Source of the DNA: an uncultured Pelagibacteraceae bacterium
GTDB lineage: Bacteria > Pseudomonadota > Alphaproteobacteria > Pelagibacterales > Pelagibacteraceae
Reading direction: 5' to 3'
Assembly (NCBI GenBank): GCA_902526085.1
Contig: CABZJN010000002.1
Location: forward strand, 28,716-92,715
DNA length: 64,000 nucleotides
The position numbers and the translations under genes were made by a program. Shown one piece after another: positions 37,785 through 48,433 of the stretch. The notes under the pieces are model-generated. The model did no database searches. It was not told where the DNA came from and was given only the letters and a program-made list of their open reading frames with translations. Within the stretch, counting starts at the first letter, position 1. Every line of letters starts with the position of its first letter.

Positions 37785-37811
37785 GTATTATAATACGGTA
37801 ATAATATACTC

Positions 37812-40256
37812 ATGGATAAAGAATTACCTAAAAGTACAAAAGTTGTAGTCATTGGTGGCGGTGTAGCGGGAACATCATGTGCATATCATCTAGCTAAATT
37901 TGGGTGGAAAGAAATAGTGCTATTGGAAAGAGATCAATTAACATCTGGAACTACATGGCATGCAGCAGGTCTAATGGGTCAATTAGGGGCTTCATCTACT
38001 ATTACAAAATTAAGAAAATATACTTTGGATCTTTATCAAGAATTAGAAAAGAAAACTGGATTATCTATAGGGTTAAAACAGAATGGTGCAATTACAGTAG
38101 CCACCACAAAAGAGAGAATGCAAGAGTTGTTGAGACAAGCAACTACCGCTCAACTATCTGATGTTGAAGTGCATGTTTTGGATAAAAAACAAACAAAAAA
38201 TTTATATCCTGTTGTAAATAATGATGACATTATTGGAAGTGTTTTTATGCCAAAAGATGGTCAAGCTGACCCAGTAGGTGTAACTAATGTTTTAGCAAAA
38301 GCTGCTAGAATGGAAGGAGCACAAATTTTTGAAAAAACGCCTGTAACAAAAATTCTTGTTAAAAATAATTCTATAGTTGGAGTTGAGACCGATAAAGGAA
38401 AAATTGATTGTGAGTATGTTGTTTTAGCAACAGGCATGTGGTCAAGACAAATAGGTGAAAAAATGAATGTTAGTATTCCATTATATCCCAATGAGCATTT
38501 TTATGTGATCACGGAACCAATGAAAGATCTACCAAAAAACTTACCAGTTTTAAGAGATTATAATAATTGTCTCTATCTTAAAGAAGACGCAGGAAAAATG
38601 TTAATTGGAATTTTTGAACCAAATGCAAAACCAGCCTTTAAAAATACAGGTGTTGTTCCAGATGATTTTTCATTTGGTGAATTACCAGATGATTTTGATC
38701 ATTTCGAACCTTATTTACAAAAATCATTTCACAGGTTGCCTATGTTGGAAAATGCTGGAATTAGAAAATTTTTCTCTGGCCCTGAATCATTTACTCCTGA
38801 TACTCAATATCTTTTAGGTGAAACTCCTGAGATTAAAAAACTTTTTACATGTTGTGGTTTCAATAGCATTGGAATTGCAAGTTCAGGAGGTGCTGGACGA
38901 GTTACTGCAGAATGGATGATTAATGGACACATTAATGAAGATTTATTTTCATTAGATATTAAAAGATTCCAAAAATTTCATTCATCAAAAAAATTTATAA
39001 TGGAGAGAGTGACAGAAACACTTGGTGATTTATATGGAATGCATTGGCCATTTAAACAACATAAAACATCAAGAAACCAGATTGTATTACCTTACCAAGA
39101 GGAGCTTAAAAAATTAGGAGCTTGTTTTGGAACCTCGGGTGGTTTTGAAAGACCTATGTGGTATGCGTTAAAAGGTGAAAAGGCTGATTACAATTATAGT
39201 TTTGGTTATCAAAATTGGTATCCATCAGCCGAGTATGAGACTAAAAATGCTAGAGAAAACGTTGGATTATTTGAGTTATCTCCTTTTTCAAAATTTGACC
39301 TTAAAGGGCAAAATGTTCACGAAGAATTACAAAAAATATGTACTGCAAACATAAAAGATGTTGAGGGTAGAGCAACTTATACCCAGATGTTAAATGAAGA
39401 TGGAGGAATAGAGACCGATGTTACTGTTACTTGTCTTGAAAAAAACCATTTTAGAGTGATAGGTCCAGCAGTAACAAGAGAACATGATAAATTTCATATA
39501 AAAAAATATATTTCAGAAGAGGTCAATTTTAAAGATGTAACAGAAGATTTAACATGCCTAGGATTATACGGACCCAACTCAAGAAAATTACTATCTAATA
39601 TCAGTAATGACGATTTTACAAATGAAGGTATAAAGTTTAGTCATGGAAAATTTGTTACTATTGACGGAGTTAAAGTCTGGGCTCAAAGATTATCTTATGT
39701 TGGTGAAATAGGATTCGAATTGTATACAAACATAGATGAAAGCAAAAAATTATTTTTAGCAATTATTAAAGAGGGTAAAAATCATGGCTTATCACTATGT
39801 GGTGCTCATGCTATGGATATTATGAGAATGGAAAGTGGTTTCTTACATTGGGGACATGATATATCACCTGAAGAAAATCAATATCAAGCAGGACTTAATT
39901 TTGCAATTAGTTATAAAAAAAATATAAATTTTGTTGGAAAAGAAGCATTATTAAAAATTAAAGATAAAAACCCTACAAAATCATTAGCTATGATGGTATT
40001 GAAAGATAACATACCTGGAGAACCTTTGTTACTTCATGAAGAGCCAATTTACTTAGATGATAAAATAATTGGCAGAACAACATCAGGAAATTATTCATTT
40101 AATTTTAAAAAAAATATTTCATTTGGTTATGTCAACTCTGGAAATTCTATTGTAGACTTGATCAATAAAAATTTATCTATTGAAGTCGAAAAGAAAAAAT
40201 ACCCTGTAACAATAATCAAAAAACCTTTAAATCAAAAAAATATAAAAAATATTTAA
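37812..40256 (+). CDS. Sarcosine/dimethylglycine dehydrogenase family, paralog 3
   Basis: VIGGGVAG, TSGTTWHAAG, GPESFTPD and SYVGEIGFE motifs. Confidence 0.92.
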   Translation: MDKELPKSTKVVVIGGGVAGTSCAYHLAKFGWKEIVLLERDQLTSGTTWHAAGLMGQLGASSTITKLRKYTLDLYQELEKKTGLSIGLKQNGAITVATTKERMQELLRQATTAQLSDVEVHVLDKKQTKNLYPVVNNDDIIGSVFMPKDGQADPVGVTNVLAKAARMEGAQIFEKTPVTKILVKNNSIVGVETDKGKIDCEYVVLATGMWSRQIGEKMNVSIPLYPNEHFYVITEPMKDLPKNLPVLRDYNNCLYLKEDAGKMLIGIFEPNAKPAFKNTGVVPDDFSFGELPDDFDHFEPYLQKSFHRLPMLENAGIRKFFSGPESFTPDTQYLLGETPEIKKLFTCCGFNSIGIASSGGAGRVTAEWMINGHINEDLFSLDIKRFQKFHSSKKFIMERVTETLGDLYGMHWPFKQHKTSRNQIVLPYQEELKKLGACFGTSGGFERPMWYALKGEKADYNYSFGYQNWYPSAEYETKNARENVGLFELSPFSKFDLKGQNVHEELQKICTANIKDVEGRATYTQMLNEDGGIETDVTVTCLEKNHFRVIGPAVTREHDKFHIKKYISEEVNFKDVTEDLTCLGLYGPNSRKLLSNISNDDFTNEGIKFSHGKFVTIDGVKVWAQRLSYVGEIGFELYTNIDESKKLFLAIIKEGKNHGLSLCGAHAMDIMRMESGFLHWGHDISPEENQYQAGLNFAISYKKNINFVGKEALLKIKDKNPTKSLAMMVLKDNIPGEPLLLHEEPIYLDDKIIGRTTSGNYSFNFKKNISFGYVNSGNSIVDLINKNLSIEVEKKKYPVTIIKKPLNQKNIKNI

Positions 40257-41047
40257 TGTTAAAGATTATTTCAAAAAAAAATAGGGCTGCAGAAATTATT
40301 TGTAACCTTAATAAACTTGATAATAAGCAATTAAAAGAAATTAAATCAACATTGGATAAGTATGGAATGATTTATTTTCCAAATCAAAAACTTACTTCCA
40401 AGAATTATCTTAATTTCGCAAAAAAATTTGGTAAACCAGCTAATTATCCAAGATTGAAAGGTTTAAATAAAAAATATCCTCAAATAACTGTTGTTCAACG
40501 TAAATCTACTGACAAAGGACCTAGCTTTGGTGAACAATTTCACACAGACTCCTCTTATACAAAAAAACCTCCTAGATACACGATGTTACTTTCAAAACTA
40601 GTACCTAAAAAAGGTGTTGCTAATACTGACTTTTCTTCGCAGTACTTAGCTTATGAAAAATTATCAAAAAATTATAAGAATAAGCTTAAAAAATTAAAAG
40701 GCATCTACTCTTCACATGGACCAATTTCAATTACAACAGTTGAGAGAGAAAAAGAAAAAGGAAAAATATCTAAAGAACTGATTTCCAGACATAAAATAAT
40801 TAGAACTATTAAAAATAAAAAAACTATATACTGTAGCCCAGGGCACTTTTTAAAATTTAATACACATATGACTAAACAAAAAAAAGAACTAAAGAAATTC
40901 TTATTCAATCATCAGACAAAAAAAACCTTTCAATATTCATTAGAATGGGAAAAAGATCAGCTTGCTATCTGGGATAATAGAGCCATGCTCCATCAGGCTA
41001 CACCGTTTAAAGGTAATAGAATACTTCATAGAATAACAATACTTTAA
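40256..41047 (+). CDS. TauD/TfdA family Fe(II)/2-oxoglutarate dioxygenase
   Basis: FHTDSSY (HxD), WDNRAMLH and HRITI motifs; TAATG-coupled to the upstream gene. Confidence 0.9.
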   Translation: MLKIISKKNRAAEIICNLNKLDNKQLKEIKSTLDKYGMIYFPNQKLTSKNYLNFAKKFGKPANYPRLKGLNKKYPQITVVQRKSTDKGPSFGEQFHTDSSYTKKPPRYTMLLSKLVPKKGVANTDFSSQYLAYEKLSKNYKNKLKKLKGIYSSHGPISITTVEREKEKGKISKELISRHKIIRTIKNKKTIYCSPGHFLKFNTHMTKQKKELKKFLFNHQTKKTFQYSLEWEKDQLAIWDNRAMLHQATPFKGNRILHRITIL

Positions 41048-41051
41048 TATA

Positions 41052-41978
41052 ATGTATTCAATATTTCTTGGGTTAACACCTTTTATCTTTATCACACTAT
41101 TTGGCTTTATATTTGGCAAACTTAAAATTTTTGATTTAGGTCATGCAAAAGTTTTAAATCTGTTTTTATTCTATGTAGCGGTCCCTGCCTTAATTATTAA
41201 ATTTGTTGCTCAAAGTGAAATTGGCCAAGTTGATTTAAAACAAATAGTTTCTTATTTTTTAATGCAAGGAAGTCTTGGGTTTATAACATTTTTATTAACA
41301 TCTAAGTTTTTTAAAAGACCTACTCCAGAGTCTATTATATGGGCATTGATGGTAGCACTATCAAATCATGTTACATTATTATTACCTATTACAAAAATCT
41401 ATTTTGGAACTGAAGTAATTACTCAAGTAACAAGTATAATATTAATGGATGGGGTTATTTTATTATCTGTAATTGCTTTTTTTTTAGAACTTACTACTAA
41501 AAAAAATATTCGATTAACTGCATTTATAAAGAACATAGTTCTTAATCCAATGATATTTTCAATCTTAATTGGTCTTTTACTATTTGTGTTTAAGATAAAT
41601 ATCGATGATACGCCAATAGACTACATTCTTTCTGTTTTGGCAGCTTGTGTTTCTCCTATAGGTCTTTTTGCAATTGGTATCACATTATCTTTTTACACCC
41701 ATAAAGTTATTAATAAACTAACTGCTTCTGTATCTATATTGAAATTAGTAATTTCCCCAATCATCCTCTTGATAATTGGCTTTATCATATTTGATGCTGG
41801 ACAACCTGAAAAAATTCCTGGTGCTTTTTTTGTTAGTGTTGCACCATGTGGTCATACAGCTGTCGTATTATGTTCTGCCTATAATGTAAGTCCTGAAAAT
41901 ATAATAAAAGCTTTATTTATCTCAACTTTTGCATCATTTGCTACCATATTTTTTGCTATTCAATATTTAACAACTTAA
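41052..41978 (+). CDS. AEC (auxin efflux carrier) family transporter
   Basis: About 10 TM helices; FLFYVAVPAL, NPMIFS, PIGLFAIG and KLVISP motifs. Confidence 0.85.
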   Translation: MYSIFLGLTPFIFITLFGFIFGKLKIFDLGHAKVLNLFLFYVAVPALIIKFVAQSEIGQVDLKQIVSYFLMQGSLGFITFLLTSKFFKRPTPESIIWALMVALSNHVTLLLPITKIYFGTEVITQVTSIILMDGVILLSVIAFFLELTTKKNIRLTAFIKNIVLNPMIFSILIGLLLFVFKINIDDTPIDYILSVLAACVSPIGLFAIGITLSFYTHKVINKLTASVSILKLVISPIILLIIGFIIFDAGQPEKIPGAFFVSVAPCGHTAVVLCSAYNVSPENIIKALFISTFASFATIFFAIQYLTT

Positions 41979-41979
41979 G

Positions 41980-43047
41980 TTAATTAATATTATCTAAGAT
42001 TTTATTAGCACATTCTTTTGTATTGCTGTCACCATCTAGATCTTTAGTTCTATTTTTTTTTTCTAGCAAAGTTTTTTCAATTGAACTTACTATTCGTGTG
42101 GCAGCTTCTTTTTCGCCTAAATAGTCTAACATCATAGCACCAGACCAAATTTGACCTATTGGATTTGCAATACCTTTTCCAGCAATATCAGGTGCTGATC
42201 CATGAACAGGCTCGAATAAAGAAGGATGTTTATTTGTTGGGTTAATATTTCCTGATGGAGCTATCCCAATTGTTCCCGTACATGCTGGACCCAAATCGGA
42301 TAAAATATCTCCAAATAAATTTGATGCTACGACAACATCAAACCACTCTGGTGTTAAAACAAATCTTGCAGCTAAAATATCGATATGAAATTGATCTGTT
42401 TTTATCTCAGGAAAATCTTTTTTATTTTCATAAAATCTTTGGTCCCAGTATGGCATGGTTATAGAAATACCATTTGATTTTGTGGCATTAGTTAATTTTT
42501 TTCTATCTCTTGTTTTTGCTAATTCAAATGCAAATTTTTGAACTCTATCTATTCCATGTTTAGACATTATAGTTTCTTGTATGACAATTTCTCTTTCAGT
42601 ATTTTGATACATTTTTCCACCTACCGAAGAATATTCCCCCTCAGTATTTTCACGTACTATCATCATATCTATGTCGCCAGGTTTTTTATTTGCTAAGGGT
42701 GCATTTACTCCTTCAAATAATTTTACTGGCCTTAAATTTATAAATTGATCAAATTCTCTTCTAAACTGGAGTAGGGAACCCCATAAAGTAATATGATCTG
42801 GGTATTTATCTGGCATACCTACTGCACCAAAAAATATTGCATCATGATTACCAATTTGTTGTTTCCAATCATCAGGTAGCATTTTTCCATGTTTTTCATA
42901 ATAATCGCATGATGAAAAACCAAATTCATCTATCTTTAATTTAAATTGATGTTGATTTGCTACTTCTTTAAGTATTTTTAAAGCTTCTGGAACAACTTCT
43001 TTTCCAATGCCATCTCCAGCAATTGAGGCGATTTTGTACTCTTTCAT
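41980..43047 (-). CDS. dmlA: Tartrate / D-malate dehydrogenase (decarboxylating)
   Basis: IAGDGIGKEV, DHITLWG, RENTEGEYSSVGG, TKSNGISITMPYWD, NLFGDILSD and FEPVHGSAPDIAG motifs. Confidence 0.9.
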   Translation of the reverse strand: MKEYKIASIAGDGIGKEVVPEALKILKEVANQHQFKLKIDEFGFSSCDYYEKHGKMLPDDWKQQIGNHDAIFFGAVGMPDKYPDHITLWGSLLQFRREFDQFINLRPVKLFEGVNAPLANKKPGDIDMMIVRENTEGEYSSVGGKMYQNTEREIVIQETIMSKHGIDRVQKFAFELAKTRDRKKLTNATKSNGISITMPYWDQRFYENKKDFPEIKTDQFHIDILAARFVLTPEWFDVVVASNLFGDILSDLGPACTGTIGIAPSGNINPTNKHPSLFEPVHGSAPDIAGKGIANPIGQIWSGAMMLDYLGEKEAATRIVSSIEKTLLEKKNRTKDLDGDSNTKECANKILDNIN

Positions 43048-43049
43048 AC

Positions 43050-44084
43050 TTACTTGGTAAAAGTATCGTTAAATTGTTTAGCTACTCTTACAAAAGTAGT
43101 ACATTTGCTAAGTTGTTTAAGAGAAGGAGCTCCTACATACGTACAGCTACTTCTAACACCACCAAGAATATTATTTATTGTATCTTTAATTTTTCCTCGA
43201 TATTTAATTCTCACTGTTCTACCCTCACTACTTCTATAGTCGGACAAACCCCCGTAATGTTTCTTATTTGCTATGTCAGAACTTGATCCGTAAAATTCTA
43301 TAAATTTATGACCATTTGATTTTATTAGTTTACCTTCACCTTCATCGTGACCAGCAAACATTCCTCCAAGCATCACAAAATCTGCACCACCACCGAAAGC
43401 TTTTGCGACATCACCCGGACAAGTACAACCTCCATCAGCAATTATATGTGCCCCTAAACCATGGGCAGCATCAGCACATTCAATAACAGCACTTAACTGA
43501 GGATAACCAACACCTGTTTGAATTCTTGTAGTACAAACACTACCTGGTCCAATTCCAACTTTTACAATATCTGCTCCTGATAATACTAATTCTTGTGCCA
43601 TATCAGCTGTTACCACGTTACCAGCAATAATAGTTTTAGTAGGATATTTATCTCTTACAGATTTTAAAAATTTACTAAAGTGTTCAGAATAACCATTAGC
43701 AACATCAATACAGATAAATTTTATGAAACTATATTCTTTTAAAATTTTATCTAAATTTTCAAAATCTTCTTTTTTTATTCCTATACTTAAAGCAATATTT
43801 GGATGAATAGATTTTATTTTTTTGAATTTTTTTATTTTTTGAATGTTATGCTGTTTAGTTAAACAAGTGATCATTCCGTATTCAGAAAGTTTTTCAGCTA
43901 CACCAAGTTCACCAACACCATCCATATTTGAGGCCATTATAGGAATTCCAGACCATTCATTATTACTATACTTAAATCTATAAGTTCTTTTTAGATTTAC
44001 ATCTTTACGACTTTGAAGAGTACTTCTTTTAGGTCTGAAAAGTACATCTGAGTAGTCTAATTTTAGTTCTTCTTCAATTCTCAC
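43050..44084 (-). CDS. guaC: GMP reductase
   Basis: RIEEELKLDYSDVL.RPKRS, DVANGYSEHF and KVGIGPGSVCTTR motifs; GTG start. Confidence 0.96.
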   Translation of the reverse strand: MRIEEELKLDYSDVLFRPKRSTLQSRKDVNLKRTYRFKYSNNEWSGIPIMASNMDGVGELGVAEKLSEYGMITCLTKQHNIQKIKKFKKIKSIHPNIALSIGIKKEDFENLDKILKEYSFIKFICIDVANGYSEHFSKFLKSVRDKYPTKTIIAGNVVTADMAQELVLSGADIVKVGIGPGSVCTTRIQTGVGYPQLSAVIECADAAHGLGAHIIADGGCTCPGDVAKAFGGGADFVMLGGMFAGHDEGEGKLIKSNGHKFIEFYGSSSDIANKKHYGGLSDYRSSEGRTVRIKYRGKIKDTINNILGGVRSSCTYVGAPSLKQLSKCTTFVRVAKQFNDTFTK

Positions 44085-44093
44085 GAGTCCGAA

Positions 44094-44121
44094 TTTATAC
44101 AGGGGCTCAAAGCAAATTCAA
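44094..44121 (-). promoter_or_regulatory. Putative sigma70 promoter of guaC giving a very short or leaderless transcript
   Basis: Minus strand TTGAAT-N16-TATAAA ending 9 nt before the GTG; no SD sequence seen. Confidence 0.4.
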
Positions 44122-44186
44122 ATTAATTATTAATATTGATGCAGCGTTTTCATTGGCTTTAATTTAAAAAATACATATTATTAGGC

Positions 44187-45062
44187 ATGTTTAATGGTTT
44201 TAAGTCAAAGTACGTAAAGGTAAAAAAGGGCAAGGTTTTTTGTAGAGTTGGTGGTGAAGGCCCACCATTACTTTTACTACACGGATATCCACAAACACAT
44301 TTAATGTGGCACAAAACAGCTCCTGAGTTATCTAAAAGATTTACAGTAGTTGCTGCAGATTTAAGAGGATATGGAAATAGTCTTGCTCCAGCATCAGATA
44401 GCAAACATTACAACTATTCAAAAAGAGAAATGGCAAGTGACATGAAACAGATGATGATAAAATTAGGGTTTAACAAATTTTTTGTTGCGGGACATGATAG
44501 AGGTGGAAGAGTTGCTCACAGGTTAGCAAGAGACTGTAGAAAAAATATAATAGCTCTTAGTGTTTTAGATATTTGTCCAACATTAGATATGTACGAACTA
44601 ACGACGAGAGATTTCGCAAAAGCTTACTTTCATTGGTTTTTTTTAATACAACCAAAATGGTTACCTGAGAAAATGATAATGAGCGATCCACGTAAATGGA
44701 TGAAAAGTTGTTTAGATAAATGGTCAGGTAATCACAAATTTGGAAAAGTTGAAGAAAATTATTTAAAATGTTTCAAGCAACCAAAAAGAATTCATGGATC
44801 TTGTGAAGATTATAGGGCGTCTGCGACTATTGATTTGGATCATGACAAACAAGATAGAAAGAAAAAACTAAATATTCCAGTGCAAGTGTTATGGGGAAGT
44901 AAGGGAGTAATTGGAAAGCAGTTCAAACCATTAAAAATTTGGCAAAGATATACTGAAAAAAAAGTTATAGGTTATCCTATAAACTCAGGTCATTTCATTC
45001 CAGAGCAAAATCCAAAGGCAACTATTAAACATTTAACTGATTTTTTTTTGAAGAAAAATTAA
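44187..45062 (+). CDS. Haloacetate/fluoroacetate dehalogenase-like alpha/beta hydrolase
   Basis: LLHGYPQTH, GHDRGGRV (Asp nucleophile plus Arg pair), YFHWFF, CEDYRA and GHFIPE motifs. Confidence 0.85.
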   Translation: MFNGFKSKYVKVKKGKVFCRVGGEGPPLLLLHGYPQTHLMWHKTAPELSKRFTVVAADLRGYGNSLAPASDSKHYNYSKREMASDMKQMMIKLGFNKFFVAGHDRGGRVAHRLARDCRKNIIALSVLDICPTLDMYELTTRDFAKAYFHWFFLIQPKWLPEKMIMSDPRKWMKSCLDKWSGNHKFGKVEENYLKCFKQPKRIHGSCEDYRASATIDLDHDKQDRKKKLNIPVQVLWGSKGVIGKQFKPLKIWQRYTEKKVIGYPINSGHFIPEQNPKATIKHLTDFFLKKN

Positions 45063-45141
45063 GTAATTAGACTTTCTTGATGTGATCAATAATCGCGCAT
45101 ATCATTCTTGATAATATTAAATTCACCTTTAAATATAGCTT

Positions 45142-46554
45142 ATGTCATCTTTACTTAAAAATTCAGAATTAACTTCAGAAAAAGCAGATAGCATTGTTTC
45201 TGAAACTCTAAATAATTGTGATGATGGTGAGCTTTATATAGAGGATACAAAATCTGAAACAATTGTATTAGATGATAACAAAATTAAAAGTTCAAATTAT
45301 ACATCTGACTTAGGTTATGGTTTTAGAGCTGTAACAGGTGATACAGTCGCTTATTCTCATTCAAACGAAATTTCAGAAAAATCATTAAAAAATTCTAGCG
45401 AAAATCTTAAGTCAACTTTAAAAAATAATAGCGGAACATATAATTCAGAAATTAAAAAAACTAATCAGAAGCTTTATAAAGACGTTGATCCAATTGAGAG
45501 CAAGTCAATGAAATCAAAAATTGAATTGCTGAATAATATGAATGAATATGCAAGATCAAAAGATAGTTCAGTTAAACAAGTAACAGCTAGCCTTCTAGCA
45601 GAAAAGAAAAATGTTGAGATCATTAGATCTGGAGGAGAATTGTTATCAGATAATAGACCTTTAGTTAGAATAAATATGTCAGTAATGGTTGAAAAGAATG
45701 GGAGAAAAGAAACTGGTGTTTTTGGTATTGGTGGAAGACAAGATTATGATGAATATCTTAAAAATGATAATTGGAAAAAAGTTTGCGATGAAGCTTTTAG
45801 AATTGCAAGTACGAATATAGAAAGTAAACCTTCTCTTGCAGGAGAAATGAAAGTTGTTCTAGGACCTGGTTGGCCTGCAATTTTAATTCATGAAGCTGTA
45901 GGTCATGGACTAGAAGGAGATTTTAATAGAAAAAAAACTTCAGCTTTTCATGATTTAGTTGGTAAAAAAGTTGCGAGTGATGGAGTTACAATAATCGACG
46001 ACGGAACATTAGATAATAGAAGAGGTAGTTTAAATATTGATGATGAAGGAACTCCAACAGAAAGAACAGTTTTAATTGAAAATGGTATCTTAAAAAATTT
46101 CATGCAAGATAGACTAAATGCAAGACTTATGAATACAAAATCAACAGGAAATGGTAGAAGAGAGAGTTATAAACATGTCGTGATGCCTAGAATGAGAAAT
46201 ACGATAATGTTAGGTGGATCAAACACTCAAGAAGAAATGATTAAGTCAGTAGATAAAGGTATTTTTGCTGTAAGTTTTGGCGGCGGTCAAGTTGACATTA
46301 CCTCTGGTAAATTCGTTTTTAACTGTACAGAAGCTTATGAAATAATAAATGGAAAAATTGGATCTCCAATTAAAGGAGCTACTTTAATTGGTGATGGACC
46401 ATCTTCTTTGAAAGAAATTTTAATGGTTGGAAATGATATGATGTTAGATCCTGGCATTGGAACGTGTGGTAAAGCTGGACAAGGCGTACCAGTTGGTGTT
46501 GGACAACCATCTTTACTTATAAATAATATGACTGTTGGCGGAACCCAACTATAG
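45142..46554 (+). CDS. tldD: Metalloprotease TldD
   Basis: HEAVGHGLEGDFNRK, DDEGTP, GNGRRESY and CGKAGQGVPVGVGQP motifs. Confidence 0.96.
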   Translation: MSSLLKNSELTSEKADSIVSETLNNCDDGELYIEDTKSETIVLDDNKIKSSNYTSDLGYGFRAVTGDTVAYSHSNEISEKSLKNSSENLKSTLKNNSGTYNSEIKKTNQKLYKDVDPIESKSMKSKIELLNNMNEYARSKDSSVKQVTASLLAEKKNVEIIRSGGELLSDNRPLVRINMSVMVEKNGRKETGVFGIGGRQDYDEYLKNDNWKKVCDEAFRIASTNIESKPSLAGEMKVVLGPGWPAILIHEAVGHGLEGDFNRKKTSAFHDLVGKKVASDGVTIIDDGTLDNRRGSLNIDDEGTPTERTVLIENGILKNFMQDRLNARLMNTKSTGNGRRESYKHVVMPRMRNTIMLGGSNTQEEMIKSVDKGIFAVSFGGGQVDITSGKFVFNCTEAYEIINGKIGSPIKGATLIGDGPSSLKEILMVGNDMMLDPGIGTCGKAGQGVPVGVGQPSLLINNMTVGGTQL

Positions 46555-46558
46555 TAAA

Positions 46559-47878
46559 ATGATTAAAGATCAACAGTATCTAAAAAAAATTGCAGATATA
46601 TGCCTAAGTAAATCAAAAAAATTAGGTTCATCTGATGCAAATATATTAGTGCAAAGTTCTGTTTCTGAAAATGTAAATGTAAGGAATAAAAAACTTGATG
46701 GATCTGAGAGGTCTGAAAATCTTGGAGTAGTCCTTACAACTTATTTAGGTAAAAAAAAATCCTCAATAGCCTCATCAAATCTTAAAGAAAGTAATTTAGA
46801 TGAGTTAGTAAATAGATGTATTGAAACAATGAAAATTACTCCTGAGGATGAATATAATTCATTACCAGATAAAGACCTCCATTTTAAAGGATTAAAAGAC
46901 TTAGACTTGTATGATGAAACTCATTTAAGCAATGAAGACAAGATTAATTATATAAAAGAGGCAGAAGAGGAAGCTTTTTCAAATGATAAAATAATAAATA
47001 CTAATGGATCTGGATTTGGTGAGAACAAATCAAATTTTTTATTAGCCAATTCAAATGGATTCGCTGATGGATATAAAACTTCACAATTTACTGCATACTG
47101 TGAAGTTGTTTCAAAAAGCAATGGAAGCATGGAAAGAGATTATGAATATACAAGTAAAAGGTTTTATAGTGATATTTTGAAACCTAAACAACTTGGATCT
47201 ATTGCAGCGGAACATGCAGTAAAGAAACTAAATCCAAAAAAAATAAAAAGTGAAAAAATTAGTCTAATATTTGATAAAAGAATATCAAAAAACTTTCTAT
47301 CAATTTTTGCAAGTGCAATATCATCAAGTGCAATAGCAAAAGGAACAACATTTTTAAAAGATAAATTAAATCAACAAGTTTTTAACCCTGAAATAAATAT
47401 ACAAGATCATGGTAATATAAGAAAAGCCAATGGATCTCGTTACTTTGATAGCGAAGGTATAGCAGTAGTTAATCTTGATTTGATTAAGAACGGTATTCTT
47501 CAAGACTATTTAATTGATACTTATAATGGGAAAAAAATAAACAGAAAGTCTAATGGTAGGGCAAGTGGTACAACAAATTTGTATTTTCAAAATGGATCAA
47601 AAACATTTGAAGATCTAATCAAATCAGAAAATAAAATCTTGTACATCAAAGAAACTATCGGTCATGGTACAAATATTATAAATGGTGATTATTCTGTAGG
47701 AGCATCTGGTATGATGATTGAAAATGGAGAATTTTCATATCCAGTAAGTGAAATTACAATTGCTGGAAACTTAAACAATATTTTTAAAAATATAACTTTA
47801 GCCGACGATTTAGAATTTAACTATGCAACAAATTCACCGACAATGATGGTTGAAGGCATGGTTGTTGGTGGAAAATAA
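46559..47878 (+). CDS. pmbA: TldE/PmbA family protein
   Basis: Follows tldD; FDSEG, GDYSVGASG and PVSEITIAGN motifs. Start set to ATG 46559. Confidence 0.9.
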   Translation: MIKDQQYLKKIADICLSKSKKLGSSDANILVQSSVSENVNVRNKKLDGSERSENLGVVLTTYLGKKKSSIASSNLKESNLDELVNRCIETMKITPEDEYNSLPDKDLHFKGLKDLDLYDETHLSNEDKINYIKEAEEEAFSNDKIINTNGSGFGENKSNFLLANSNGFADGYKTSQFTAYCEVVSKSNGSMERDYEYTSKRFYSDILKPKQLGSIAAEHAVKKLNPKKIKSEKISLIFDKRISKNFLSIFASAISSSAIAKGTTFLKDKLNQQVFNPEINIQDHGNIRKANGSRYFDSEGIAVVNLDLIKNGILQDYLIDTYNGKKINRKSNGRASGTTNLYFQNGSKTFEDLIKSENKILYIKETIGHGTNIINGDYSVGASGMMIENGEFSYPVSEITIAGNLNNIFKNITLADDLEFNYATNSPTMMVEGMVVGGK

Positions 47879-47884
47879 TTTTAA

Positions 47885-48433
47885 ATGAAAAAAATAATTA
47901 CTATTTTTCTTGCTATTTTTTTTATTATTACCTCATCAAACTCTAATGAAAATGAAATAAGATTAAATAATCTATTTGAAAAATTAAAAATTCAAAACTA
48001 CTCAATTGCAATTGATACAGAGATGAAAATTTGGGATATTTGGACCAAACATCCCACTAATCAAAATTTAACTTCTTTGCTATCAAGAGGAACAAAATTT
48101 ATGAACCAGGAGCAATATTCAGTTGCTGTAGATATATTCACAACAGTAATCAAAAAAGATCCTGATTGGGCAGAAGCTTGGAATAAAAGAGCAACTGTCT
48201 TTTATTTAATGGGCAAATATCAAGATTCTCAAAATGATATAGACAAGGTATTAAAACTGGAGAAAAGACATTTTGGAGCATTATCAGGACAGGGTCTCGT
48301 TCAAATTAAGTTAAAAAATTATGAAAAAGCTTTAAAGAGTTATGAAAAAGTAAAAGAGATTTATCCGTCCATGAGGTCACCACAAATAATGATACCACAG
48401 ATTAAAGAGTTGATTAAAAATCAATCTGTGTAA
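47885..48433 (+). CDS. Secreted tetratricopeptide-repeat protein
   Basis: Signal peptide; PDWAEAWNKRATV.Y and RHFGALSGQG TPR motifs. Confidence 0.85.
   Translation: MKKIITIFLAIFFIITSSNSNENEIRLNNLFEKLKIQNYSIAIDTEMKIWDIWTKHPTNQNLTSLLSRGTKFMNQEQYSVAVDIFTTVIKKDPDWAEAWNKRATVFYLMGKYQDSQNDIDKVLKLEKRHFGALSGQGLVQIKLKNYEKALKSYEKVKEIYPSMRSPQIMIPQIKELIKNQSV

Noticed and set aside
44085-44125. GC-rich stem-loop before guaC as a purine-sensing RNA
   Set aside because: The pairing relies on several G-U pairs and a mismatch. The same bases fit a -35/-10 promoter immediately before the start, so they are probably not transcribed.
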